From an uncultured Acidobacteriota bacterium (GTDB taxonomy: Bacteria; Acidobacteriota; UBA6911; RPQK01; JAPXNP01), in the NCBI GenBank assembly GCA_963777605.1, contig CAVZRV010000028.1, positions 177,412 to 241,411 of the forward strand: 64,000 nucleotides of DNA, written 5' to 3'. How positions within the stretch are numbered: position 1 is the stretch's first letter; the number at the start of each line of letters is the position of its first letter. The notes under the pieces are model-generated. The model saw nothing but the letters and a program-made list of their open reading frames with translations. It was not told where the DNA came from and searched no databases. This document shows, one piece after another, positions 41,206 through 50,985 of the stretch. A program made the translations under genes and the position numbers.

Positions 41206-43830
41206 TCATTTGGGGGGCTCATCCTGGCGAATCTCGCGCTCCGCCTGATTCCAGTCCTGAATCGATCTTCCGTCCTCGCGGCCCCGCTGCTCGAACAGTT
41301 CATAAGCTCGCTCGGAGATCTGCGTTGTTGCATCGACAGGCTTTTTGACCGAGAGGGGTGCGGCCGTCGGATCGAAGACCCGATACGCGAGCAGCTTTAT
41401 ACGGTCATTCACGAGGAACCAGGCCAGAGCGTAGCCCCAAACGAACAATGCCCAGCCCCAGCCGAGGGGTGTCATGAACAGGCCATAAACTGCTATCAAC
41501 GTCGCCACGATTTGGGTGCCGAGCACCGCTACCCAGAGGATCCGCGCGGGTCGGATGGACCAGAACGGGCCGCGCGTACGGGTCAGGAAAATCGTCAGAT
41601 GCCCGGCCACGGACAGCTTCAGGTACATCAGCGTCTGGATGTGCACGCGGTCGAGGTGAAATACGCGCTCGCCAAGATAAAACAGGCCAAAGGCGGCGAC
41701 GACCCCGATGACGCCCAGCACCGAGGAAATCCCGAGCACCATGCGCATGTTCCAGGCCTCGGGCTCATCCTTGTAATGAACGTTGTCATAGGCGATGGAC
41801 AGGATGGCGCCGTCGTTGAGCAACGCCAACATCACGATCATCACTGCGGTCACCGGATAGAAGTTGAAGATCAGGATCGCCAGCGTCATGAAGAACAGCA
41901 CCCGCAAAGTCTCGGCGATGCGGTAGATCGCGTAGCTGTTCATTCGTTGGAAAATTCTCCGGCTTTCCTTAATAGCGTCAATAATTACCGACAGCCCGGG
42001 CGTCGTCAGCACGATGGAAGCCGCCGCACGCGCCGCATCCGTCGCGGCCGAAACGGCGATGCCGCAGTCGGCTTTCTTCAGCGCGGGGGCGTCGTTCACG
42101 CCGTCTCCCGTCATGCCGACGATGTGGTGGCGTTTTTGCAGGACATCGACAATGTGGAACTTGTGTTCGGGGAAGACCTGCGCGAAGCCGTCGGCCTTCT
42201 CGATAGACTCGGACACCGCTGTCGTCTCTTGCTTCTTTGAGTCGCCCAGGCTGCCGGCATCGAGGATATTCGTGCCCATGCCCAGCTTCTTGGCAGTTTC
42301 CAGTGCAATGGCCAGGGCATCGCCCGTAACCATCTTGATCTTCACGCCCATCTGGCGCGCGGTCGCGATGGTGGCCTTGGCATCTTCCCGTGGCGGATCG
42401 AACAGGGGCAACACGCCAACAAACTGCCACTGGCCCTCTCCCTCGTCCCGCGCCACGCCCAACGAACGAAAGCCGCGCGCGGCGAATTCGTTGACGGCTT
42501 TATCGACAGCCGGCTTCACCTGCCCGGCATTGGCCGACAACTCCAAAATGACCTGCGGCGCGCCCTTCGTCACCTTGAACTTCTTCCCGTCTTTGGTTTT
42601 GACGGTGGCCTCGGTCCGTTTATGCACCGGATCGAACGGCTGAAAATGGAGCACCTCATAGGCCTTTATCGATTCCTTGTCTTTCAGTCCGCCCAGGACA
42701 GCCAGATCGATGGTGTCGTTATTGTCCGCACGCGACGCCAGGGCACCATTGAGGATCACCTGATCGGCGGGGACATTGTTTAAGCTGAACGGGTCGCCCA
42801 GCGTCAGCTTGTTCTGGGTCAGGGTGCCGGTCTTGTCTGCGCACAACATGTCCACGCCCGCCAATTCTTCGATGGCAACCAACTTGCTCACGATCGCCTT
42901 TTTCCTGGCGAGCAGGCGTGCGCCGACCGCCATCGTTACCGACAGCACTGTGGGCATCGCCACGGGGATCGCGGCTACGGTAAGCACCAGGGCAAACTGC
43001 AAGGTGGTGAGGATCGGGTCACCCCGAAAGATCGCGACGGCAATGATCACCGCCACCAGGGCCACTGCAAGGACGATCAGATAATTGCCGATCTTCAACA
43101 CGGCCTTTTGAAAGTGGCTGACGGTGTGCGCATCCTGAACCAGTTGCGCCGTTTTGCCGAAGTAGGTGTTCCCACCCGTGGCGTAGACCAGTGCGCCGAT
43201 CTCACCTTGACGAATGATCGAGCCGGAAAAGACCGCCTCACCCGGCTTGCGCGTTACGGGTAATGACTCTCCTGTCAATGCGGACTGATCCACTTCCAGC
43301 GGGTCGCCCTCCAGCAATCGTGCATCGGCCGGCACGATGTCGCCCAGGCGCAGGCGAATGATGTCGCCCGGGACCAACTCGCGCGCCGCCGGGGTGATCC
43401 ACTTCCCATCACGTTTCACCCGGGCCTTGATCGCCAGCGAGGACTTCAACTCGGCGATCGCGTTGCCTGCCTGGTGTTCTTCCCAGAATCCGACCACGCC
43501 GTTGGCCAGAAGCAGAAGGAGGATGATGGCAAAGTCAGGCCAGTGCCGGGCCACCGCCGAAAGGATCACGGCCGCTTCGATCATCCACGGGATCGGACCC
43601 CAAAAATAGGTGAGGAATTTCAGGAAGGGACTGGTCTTCTTGTCTTCAATTTCGTTAGGGCCGTATTGGGTCAGCCTTTTCTGCGCCTCGGCTTGACTGA
43701 GGCCCTCCGGCGACGATCCCAATTTTGCCTGCAGTTCCGGCATGGGAAGGGATTTCAGCTCATCCTTCGCATTGGGTTTCGATTTCGTCCCCGATTCTGG
43801 AGATTTGGGCTCGGCGGCATGGGGTTTCAT
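41206..43830 (-). CDS. Plasma-membrane-type proton-efflux P-type ATPase (type IIIA) with a DUF2934-like C-terminal tail
   Basis: WGPIPWMIE, TGES, IPVAMP, DKTGT, KGAP, DPPR, TGDGVNDAPALK and ALLNDG; GGAGG RBS before ATG 43830. Confidence 0.93.
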   Translation of the reverse strand: MKPHAAEPKSPESGTKSKPNAKDELKSLPMPELQAKLGSSPEGLSQAEAQKRLTQYGPNEIEDKKTSPFLKFLTYFWGPIPWMIEAAVILSAVARHWPDFAIILLLLLANGVVGFWEEHQAGNAIAELKSSLAIKARVKRDGKWITPAARELVPGDIIRLRLGDIVPADARLLEGDPLEVDQSALTGESLPVTRKPGEAVFSGSIIRQGEIGALVYATGGNTYFGKTAQLVQDAHTVSHFQKAVLKIGNYLIVLAVALVAVIIAVAIFRGDPILTTLQFALVLTVAAIPVAMPTVLSVTMAVGARLLARKKAIVSKLVAIEELAGVDMLCADKTGTLTQNKLTLGDPFSLNNVPADQVILNGALASRADNNDTIDLAVLGGLKDKESIKAYEVLHFQPFDPVHKRTEATVKTKDGKKFKVTKGAPQVILELSANAGQVKPAVDKAVNEFAARGFRSLGVARDEGEGQWQFVGVLPLFDPPREDAKATIATARQMGVKIKMVTGDALAIALETAKKLGMGTNILDAGSLGDSKKQETTAVSESIEKADGFAQVFPEHKFHIVDVLQKRHHIVGMTGDGVNDAPALKKADCGIAVSAATDAARAAASIVLTTPGLSVIIDAIKESRRIFQRMNSYAIYRIAETLRVLFFMTLAILIFNFYPVTAVMIVMLALLNDGAILSIAYDNVHYKDEPEAWNMRMVLGISSVLGVIGVVAAFGLFYLGERVFHLDRVHIQTLMYLKLSVAGHLTIFLTRTRGPFWSIRPARILWVAVLGTQIVATLIAVYGLFMTPLGWGWALFVWGYALAWFLVNDRIKLLAYRVFDPTAAPLSVKKPVDATTQISERAYELFEQRGREDGRSIQDWNQAEREIRQDEPPK

Positions 43831-43849
43831 AATGGATATTCCTCCCGTC

Positions 43850-44164
43850 AATGACCATAACGGTGACGCTGCGCTCGATGGCGAAGGCAAAATCCCTGCT
43901 CATCAGAGTCAGCCAGAGAAGGAAGGTGATCGCACCACTACCGAGGGCAATGATGGTCAGCCACATCGCCGCGGTGTTCGCCAGATTCTGGGTCTTTGAT
44001 TTGCTTTGCTGAGCCTGCTTGACCAGGTCGATGACCTGCGACAGAAACGAATCCTTGCCAGTGCCTTTGACCTCGATGGTCAGCGAGCCTTCGCCGTTGA
44101 TGGAGCCGCCGATGACCTTCCCGCCGGTCTTCTTGGTGACCGGGGTTGATTCCCCGGTGAGCAA
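43850..44164 (-). pseudogene. Internal fragment of a heavy-metal P1B-type ATPase (CopB-like)
   Basis: LLTGESTPVTK..G.KVIGGSINGEGSL...SFLSQVIDLV..AQ.SKS...AIERSVTVMVI; breaks off just before the expected CPx motif. Confidence 0.8.
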
Positions 44165-44318
44165 TCTTGGCCAGTCGTGTGAGCCGGATTGGACTGACTC
44201 AATTTCTCCAGGGGAGTACAAGGGATATGCACCTCCAGAGGACACGGAAGAGATGAACCGATTACTTTGATCGGAATTTTGTTGGCCGATCCGGAGCGTG
44301 CTTTGGGGGGAGGATGAG

Positions 44319-44864
44319 ATGAGAAGGTTCCTGGCGACATCGGCTTGTGTGGTTTTCCTGGGCGTCCTGGTTCTTGGCACGGGCCTCGCCCTGCAGCCTG
44401 ACACTGGAGACAGGAAGCTGGATTCCTTGCTCGACACGATCAACAAGGGGGCCTTGACCGATCCCGGGGGGTTTCTCGAACTGCTCAGTCTGACATTCAA
44501 CATTCCCGAAGAAAAACTCCAGACAGAGTGGGAACAACACGGCCTCGAAGCGGGAGACTGGTACCTGGCCACGGCTCTGGGCAGCAGAACTCGTCGGCCC
44601 GTCGGGGATATCGCGACCGAATACAGGCAGAACCAGGGCAAGGGTTGGGGTGTGACGGCGATGAGCATGGGGATCAAGCCCGGCTCGCCGGAATTCAAGG
44701 AATTGAAGCGTGACGCCGGCGGCTTCGTGGACCAGATGAAGGCTAAGGCTAAGTCAAAGAAGCAGCACGAGAAGGCACTCGAAAAACAGCACAGACAGCA
44801 GAACAAGGGTAAGCCCGAGGGCAAAGGCCAAGGGACGCGCAACAAAGGCCAGGTTTCCACCTAA
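44319..44864 (+). CDS. Exported hypothetical protein with a Lys/Gly-rich tail
   Basis: GGAGG RBS, signal peptide, GKGWGV.A..MGIKPGS.EF..LK pattern. Confidence 0.75.
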   Translation: MRRFLATSACVVFLGVLVLGTGLALQPDTGDRKLDSLLDTINKGALTDPGGFLELLSLTFNIPEEKLQTEWEQHGLEAGDWYLATALGSRTRRPVGDIATEYRQNQGKGWGVTAMSMGIKPGSPEFKELKRDAGGFVDQMKAKAKSKKQHEKALEKQHRQQNKGKPEGKGQGTRNKGQVST

Positions 44865-44957
44865 TCGTGGAGCATGTATTCATGATTGACGATAAAGATC
44901 CCGGTGATGGTGTCGATAAAGGATTCCAATAAAGTACGCGTCCGGAAAGCGGGTAAT

Positions 44958-47900
44958 ATGGGCAAACTTCACCAGAAATCTCCGGCAGGAGCAACCGGCA
45001 TGCCGGATGCGGCTCGAGGCATCACCGAGCAAGAGCCGGCTGCGGAGGCCCTGCGCGAGAGCGAGAAGAGGTTCCGCGCGCTCTTCGATAGCAGTCCCGA
45101 CGCAGTGTTATTTACGATCCCAGACGGCCAAGTCCTTGCGGCCAACCCGGCGGCGTGTGCGATGTTTGGGATGTCGGAGGAAGAGATCTGCCGAGTGGGT
45201 CGTCAAGGACTCAGTGACCCGGATGATTCGCGGTTTCCCGCCCTGCTCCTGGAACGCAGGCGCACGGGCCGGATCACAAAGGCCGAACTCAGCTTCGTCC
45301 GCAAGAACGGCGAGCAATTCCCCGCCGAAGTGGACTCCGTCGTTCTGCCGGGGGATCCGCCTCGCTCCTTCGTGATCATGCGCGACATCACCAGGCGCCT
45401 GAAAACGGAAGGAGAATTCCGTGATATCAACGGACGCCTTCGCCTGGCCACGGCATCCGCAAAGGCTGGGGTTTGGGACTGGAATCTGCAGACCGACAAA
45501 ATGATCTGGAATGACCGGATGTTCGAACTTTACGGCATCTCTCAATCGAATTTTTCAGGAACGGTTGAAGCATGGAAGCAGGGGCTGCACCCTGAGGATT
45601 CTTCCAGGGCAATCCAGGATTGCCAGGCAGCCTTAAATGGAGAACGGGATTTTGACACGGAATTCCGGCTCCGGCGTCCTGACGGATCAGCCATCCACAT
45701 CAAAGCGAACGGGCTCGTTGTTCATGATGAGGCCGGGAATCCTCTCCGCATGATCGGTTTAAATACTGATATCACAGAGCGCAAGCAGGCTGAGGAGGCG
45801 CTATTAGAATCCAGCCGGTTGAACCGACAAATCATCGACAGCGTACACGAGGGGATCATTGTATACGGAACGGATCTGCGCTACCAAGTCTGGAACCCGT
45901 TCATGGAGGAACTATTCGGTCTCAAGTCGAACGAGGTGCTTGGAAAGCAGCCGCTGAAGGTCTTTCCATTCATGAAAGAGACGGGCGTCATCGAACAGCT
46001 GGAACGAGCTTTGTCCGGAGAGATTCCCGACGGGGTCGAGTATCGGTACGCCCTAAATGGCAACACCGGCTGGGTGTTCGATAAGAGTTCCCCGCTTCGC
46101 AATGACGCCGGCGAAATCATCGGCGTTATCGCTTCGGTGCAGGAAATCACGCAGCGTAAGGTGGTAGAGGAAACGCGGTCCTTCCTGCTTCGGTGTGGCA
46201 CAACGGCTAAGGATGAGGATTTCTTCGCGTTGCTGGCGGGCTACCTGGCGAAAACGCTCGGAATGGAATATGTCTGTATCGATCATCTCGAAAACGACGG
46301 CCTGACCGCCCAGACCGTAGCTGTCTACAATGCGGGTCAGCTCGAACCGAATGTGCGGTATGCCCTCAAAGACACGCCTTGCGGCGAAGTCGTGGACAAG
46401 GCTGTCTGTTGCTATCCACGAGGAGTGCGCCAATCTTTTCCGCGGGACGCGGCGCTTCATGAACTCATGGCCGAGAGCTATGTCGGCGCGATCCTCTGGG
46501 ACTCCCAAAAGCGACCTATCGGCTTGATCGCCGTCATTGGAAATCATGAGCTCAAAGATCCAAAACTGCCTGAGTTGCTACTGCAATTAGTGGCGCCCCG
46601 CGCCGCTTTCGAGCTGGAGAGAAGAAAGACAGAAAAAGAGTTGCGCGACCGTGAGTTCTTCTTCAGGGAATCGCAAAGAGCTGCGCTCATCGGCTCCTAT
46701 CGAGTTGATTTCATCCGCGATGTCTGGGAATCATCCGAGGTCCTCGATCAGATCTTTGGCATAGATGAGACCTACAACCGAAGCGTTCAGGCATGGCTGG
46801 ACCTCATCCATCCTGACGACAAGGGAATGATGGACGAGTATCTGACGGGGGAGGTCATTTCGAAGCGCAACCCGTTTCGGAAAGAATACAGAATCATCCG
46901 CAAGTCTGACGGCCAGGTGAAATGGGTGTTCGGTCAGGGCGAAATTGCATGTGACGATCAAGAGCGCGTTCTTTCGCTGATTGGAACCATCCAGGATGTC
47001 ACCGACCGAAAAGAAGAGGAAGCAGAGCGAGAGACACTCCAGGCCCAATTGTCCCAGGCTCAGAAGATGGAATCGGTGGGCCGTCTGGCGGGCGGCGTGG
47101 CTCATGATTTCAACAACATGCTGCAGAGTATTTTCTTCAACACCGGCCTGATCCTGGAATATCTTCCCCCGGGAAGCCCGTTGTGTGAAAACGTCGAAGA
47201 AATTCAGAATTGCGCCCAGCGTTCGGCCGACATCACCCGGCAATTGCTGGCTTTTGCCCGCAAGCAGACCGCCGAGCCCCGGGTGCTCGACCTGAATGCG
47301 AAGGTGGAGGGCATGCTCCAGATGATGCGGCGCCTGATCGGTGAGGATATCCATCTGACATGGGCGCCCGCCTCTGTTGTCTGGCCGGTAAGGCTCGATC
47401 CCATCCAGATTGACCAGATACTGGTTAACCTGTGCGTCAACGCCCGGGACGCAATCGCCGGCGTTGGCAAACTCACCCTCGAGACGGAAAACTTCACGTT
47501 CGACGAGATGTATTGCGCCACGCATAGCGGCTCCGCTCCCGGAGACTACGTGCTGATTGGCGTCAGCGACAACGGCTGCGGGATGGACAAGGAAGTCCTT
47601 GAGCACCTCTTCGAGCCCTTCTTTACAACCAAGGGTCCGGGTCAGGGCACCGGCCTGGGGCTGGCCACCGTGTATGGGATCGTTCAGCAATACCAGGGAT
47701 TCATCGATGTGCAAAGCGAACCGGGCCACGGAACCACCTTCAGGATCTACCTGCCGAAGCACAAGGGCAAAGCCGATGAACTAAGCAGGGCGGTTTCCGC
47801 GAAAATCGCCGAGCGCGGGCACGAGACGATCCTGGTGGTGGAGGATGAGCCGGCGATTTTGAAGATTTCCAGCCAGGTTCTGCAAAGTTTGGGCTACACG

Positions 47901-48188
47901 GTGCTGCCTGCCGCAACTCCCGGCGAAGCCATCCGGCTGGCTGAAGAGCATGCGGCGGAAATCCACCTGCTCATGACCGACGTGATCATGCCGGAAATGA
48001 ACGGGCGGGATCTGGCCAAGCAGCTGCGATCGCTCTATCCCCATCTCCAGCGCCTGTTCATGTCCGGGTACACCGCCGACGTCATCGCCCATCACGGTAT
48101 GTTGGATGAGGGTGTTCACTTCATTCAGAAACCCTTCTCATTGGGGGACCTCGCCGCCAAGGTGCGTTCGACGCTGGATGCCAGCTGA
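44958..48188 (+). CDS. Hybrid sensor histidine kinase (multiple PAS, GAF-like, HisKA, HATPase, REC)
   Basis: QKMESVGRLAGGVAHDFNN, NLCVNARDA, FEPFFTTK..G.GTGLGL; receiver LVVEDE, TDVIMP.MNG and KPF; start uncertain (ORF from 44886). Confidence 0.95.
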   Translation: MGKLHQKSPAGATGMPDAARGITEQEPAAEALRESEKRFRALFDSSPDAVLFTIPDGQVLAANPAACAMFGMSEEEICRVGRQGLSDPDDSRFPALLLERRRTGRITKAELSFVRKNGEQFPAEVDSVVLPGDPPRSFVIMRDITRRLKTEGEFRDINGRLRLATASAKAGVWDWNLQTDKMIWNDRMFELYGISQSNFSGTVEAWKQGLHPEDSSRAIQDCQAALNGERDFDTEFRLRRPDGSAIHIKANGLVVHDEAGNPLRMIGLNTDITERKQAEEALLESSRLNRQIIDSVHEGIIVYGTDLRYQVWNPFMEELFGLKSNEVLGKQPLKVFPFMKETGVIEQLERALSGEIPDGVEYRYALNGNTGWVFDKSSPLRNDAGEIIGVIASVQEITQRKVVEETRSFLLRCGTTAKDEDFFALLAGYLAKTLGMEYVCIDHLENDGLTAQTVAVYNAGQLEPNVRYALKDTPCGEVVDKAVCCYPRGVRQSFPRDAALHELMAESYVGAILWDSQKRPIGLIAVIGNHELKDPKLPELLLQLVAPRAAFELERRKTEKELRDREFFFRESQRAALIGSYRVDFIRDVWESSEVLDQIFGIDETYNRSVQAWLDLIHPDDKGMMDEYLTGEVISKRNPFRKEYRIIRKSDGQVKWVFGQGEIACDDQERVLSLIGTIQDVTDRKEEEAERETLQAQLSQAQKMESVGRLAGGVAHDFNNMLQSIFFNTGLILEYLPPGSPLCENVEEIQNCAQRSADITRQLLAFARKQTAEPRVLDLNAKVEGMLQMMRRLIGEDIHLTWAPASVVWPVRLDPIQIDQILVNLCVNARDAIAGVGKLTLETENFTFDEMYCATHSGSAPGDYVLIGVSDNGCGMDKEVLEHLFEPFFTTKGPGQGTGLGLATVYGIVQQYQGFIDVQSEPGHGTTFRIYLPKHKGKADELSRAVSAKIAERGHETILVVEDEPAILKISSQVLQSLGYTVLPAATPGEAIRLAEEHAAEIHLLMTDVIMPEMNGRDLAKQLRSLYPHLQRLFMSGYTADVIAHHGMLDEGVHFIQKPFSLGDLAAKVRSTLDAS

Positions 48189-48265
48189 GATCGCCGTCAT
48201 CTTCGTCACATTTCTTGAGTCCTGCCTGCTTCGCCAACACGCGAATCAGAGGCAGTCCCCTTCTC

Positions 48266-48778
48266 TTATTCCAACCGGCGCTCACCGGCGGCGACCGGTA
48301 CGTCGCTGTTCCAAATATTCCTGTGAAATTTCCAAGATCCGTCATCGCCGCGCATGAATACATTCAGCCATTTTCCCGTGTCGGTTCTCGATGTCCCATC
48401 AGCGATCGAAGTCACCGTAGCTTCGTAACTACCCCAGGCAAAAGCCCAATCACCGGAGACTTGAATCTCACTTGGGGCGAGAGTCACGTCTAGACTCTCC
48501 CTCTGAAACCACTCTTCGTAATAGCTGCGAATTCTCTTGCTGCCGACAACAGCCGCTCCATTGGGTGGCATCCTGACAGCATCTTCCGTGAAAACGTCCC
48601 CAAACCGGTCTGGATCCCGTGACTCGTAACCGGAGACATACTCGCTCATCACGGCTTTGATGGCCTCGACGTCAGCCGCGGAACTCGTTTCATTTGCAGC
48701 GGATTCGTCCGGCCTGCTGCACGCCGGCAATCCGATGAGACAGAAGTACCCGAACAGTACAATGCAAGAGACTCTCAT
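48266..48778 (-). CDS. NTF2-like (DUF4440/SgcJ) lipoprotein
   Basis: Lipobox LPAC; FTEDAV.MPPN, SGDWA and GKWL.V..R..DGSWK. Confidence 0.85.
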   Translation of the reverse strand: MRVSCIVLFGYFCLIGLPACSRPDESAANETSSAADVEAIKAVMSEYVSGYESRDPDRFGDVFTEDAVRMPPNGAAVVGSKRIRSYYEEWFQRESLDVTLAPSEIQVSGDWAFAWGSYEATVTSIADGTSRTDTGKWLNVFMRGDDGSWKFHRNIWNSDVPVAAGERRLE

Positions 48779-49048
48779 CGTATGCTCCCTTATGAAAATG
48801 GGGCCTGCGTAAATTGACCCATCCCTGGTGGCCTGCCCGATATGGCCAGACAGGTTGACGATCCAGGGCGGCTTCACTAGCGATCAGCCTTTCAGATTCT
48901 AACTAAACCTTTCTGACAACCTGACAAGCTTTGAACCTGCGCGGAGAATTGCTCCGCTCTTCTTGGCACGTGGGGACACCCGGGGCGCCTCGCATAATTG
49001 TCTGGCAGGCTAAGAATCGACAGCAGTCGAGCTTCTTTGAGATGATAC

Positions 49049-50806
49049 TTGACCGTGACCGAGCCAGTGACCGAGCACAAGAAAGGGGGGTTGTCCGAGC
49101 TCCCGGCCACTGCAATTTGCGGCAACGACATTACCTCTTCCTGCCTCTATGTGTCTGCCCTCGCTATCGTGCAGGCCGGCAGGTGGGCTTGGTTGGCCCT
49201 GTTGATCGTGGCCGGCGTCTTGTACCTCTACCGGAAGATCTACGGAGAAGTCGTGGGCGCCCTGCCGCTCAACGGAGGAGCCTATAACGCGCTGCTCAAC
49301 ACGACCAGCAAGTCCCTGGCTTCGATGGCGGCCTGTTTGACGCTTCTCTCCTACATGGCGACAGCCGTAATCTCGGCCAGCGAGGCCATGCATTACGCCA
49401 GAACATTCTGGACATCGATGCCGGTCATCGGGGTGACCGTTTGCCTGCTGGCCATATTCATGGCTCTCACCATCATGGGAATCGGCGAATCATCAAAAGT
49501 CGCCGTGGTGATATTCCTGACCCACCTGGGGACACTCACGCTCCTTCTCCTGGTGGGTATTTACTTCATCCTGAATCACGGCGTGGATACCTTGACGGCG
49601 AATTTCTCGATGGGTATGGCGAATCCTGGAAAGGCCATTGTTTTTGGATTTGCCGCCGCCATGCTGGGCATCTCGGGCTTTGAAAGCTCGGCTAACTTTG
49701 TGGAAGAGCAGGCAGAGGGAGTGTTTCCGAAAACTCTCCGTAATATGTGGCTGGCGGTCACTGTCTTCAACCCGGGAATGGCTTTACTGGCGCTGGCACT
49801 GGTTCCCATTCCTGAGGTTTCTCAACACCAGGAAGCGCTTTTGGCACACATGGGGACCGTGGCGGGCGGATCCTGGTTGGCCTGGCTGATTTCGGTTGAC
49901 GCTGCCTTGGTGCTCAGTGGGGCCGTCCTAACCTCCTACATCGGGGTGACCGGCCTGGTGAGGCGCATGACTCTCGATCGCTGTCTTCCTCAGTTTCTTC
50001 TCAAGACGAATCGGCGGGGCTCCTCCCATCGCATCATCATTGCTTTCTTCTTGCTGAGCGTGTCGATTTTGCTGATTACTCGTGGCCAGCTGGAGGCTCT
50101 GGCCGGGGTCTACACGATATCCTTTCTCGCCGTCATGATCCTGTTCGCGGGAGGGAACATCCTGTTGAAGGTGAAGAGGGCCCGCCTTCCGCGTCCGGTG
50201 CAGGCCAGTTGGTTGGCTTTGGCGGTGGCCGTCTCTGCAACCTTGGTTGGTTTGGTGGGGAACATCGTCATGCATCCGGCCTACTTCGGCGTGTTTCTCG
50301 AGTATTTCGTCCCCACGGTTTTGGTGGTCGCCATCATGCTGGGACGGATCGGCTTGATGAAGGTCCTGCTTTTCTTTGTCAAGGCGATCAGCGAAGCGAT
50401 TGGAAACCTGACGGGTCAGGTTTCGACCGGAATTCAGAAGAAGATTGATCAGATCAGCTCCCAGCAAATGGTCTTCTTCACCCGGGGCGACGACCTGGCG
50501 AATCTGAATGAGGCCATGCTCTATGTGCGCAAGAATGAGCACACCAACCGGATCAAGGTAGTGACGGTTGTCAAGGACAAGAAAGAGGTTCCGCAGAAAC
50601 TCGAGAAGGACCTCAGCTTCCTGGACGAGGCCTACCCTGAGATCTACATTGAATTGGTGGTTGTGGAAGGGACCTTTGGCCCGGCTCTCATTCAGGAACT
50701 CTCTAAGAAATGGCGGATTCCCGCCAACTTCATGTTCATTGGCTCGCCGGGTGACCATTTCATCTACGGTTTGGCTGAACTGGGTGGAGTTCGCCTGATC
50801 ATCTGA
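49049..50806 (+). CDS. APC family amino acid permease with a C-terminal soluble domain
   Basis: ATAICGNDITSSCLY, LPLNGGAY and GISGFESSANFVEEQ; about 12 TM segments. Confidence 0.9.
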   Translation: MTVTEPVTEHKKGGLSELPATAICGNDITSSCLYVSALAIVQAGRWAWLALLIVAGVLYLYRKIYGEVVGALPLNGGAYNALLNTTSKSLASMAACLTLLSYMATAVISASEAMHYARTFWTSMPVIGVTVCLLAIFMALTIMGIGESSKVAVVIFLTHLGTLTLLLLVGIYFILNHGVDTLTANFSMGMANPGKAIVFGFAAAMLGISGFESSANFVEEQAEGVFPKTLRNMWLAVTVFNPGMALLALALVPIPEVSQHQEALLAHMGTVAGGSWLAWLISVDAALVLSGAVLTSYIGVTGLVRRMTLDRCLPQFLLKTNRRGSSHRIIIAFFLLSVSILLITRGQLEALAGVYTISFLAVMILFAGGNILLKVKRARLPRPVQASWLALAVAVSATLVGLVGNIVMHPAYFGVFLEYFVPTVLVVAIMLGRIGLMKVLLFFVKAISEAIGNLTGQVSTGIQKKIDQISSQQMVFFTRGDDLANLNEAMLYVRKNEHTNRIKVVTVVKDKKEVPQKLEKDLSFLDEAYPEIYIELVVVEGTFGPALIQELSKKWRIPANFMFIGSPGDHFIYGLAELGGVRLII

Positions 50807-50826
50807 TCCAGGGCACCCAATCCTGG

Positions 50827-50985
50827 ACGACGACATCAGAGCGGATCTACAAGGCCGCAATCTCACTGTTCCGGCGGAGGGATTACAGTGCGGTGACCAT
50901 CGAAGATATCAGCGCTGCGGCCAGAACCTGCCGGCGGACCTTCTTCAACCACTTCCCCACGAAGGAGCACATTCTGGCGCGCCTC
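50827..50985 (+). pseudogene. TetR-family HTH remnant
   Basis: Reads TTTSERIYKAAISLFRRRDYSAVTIEDISAAARTCRRTFFNHFPTKEHIL; no nearby start codon; runs into the 3' end of the convergent ORF. Confidence 0.7.

Noticed and set aside
43760-44860. 366-aa minus-strand ORF
   Set aside because: It is a chimera of the antisense of the 44319-44864 gene and the CopB-like fragment.
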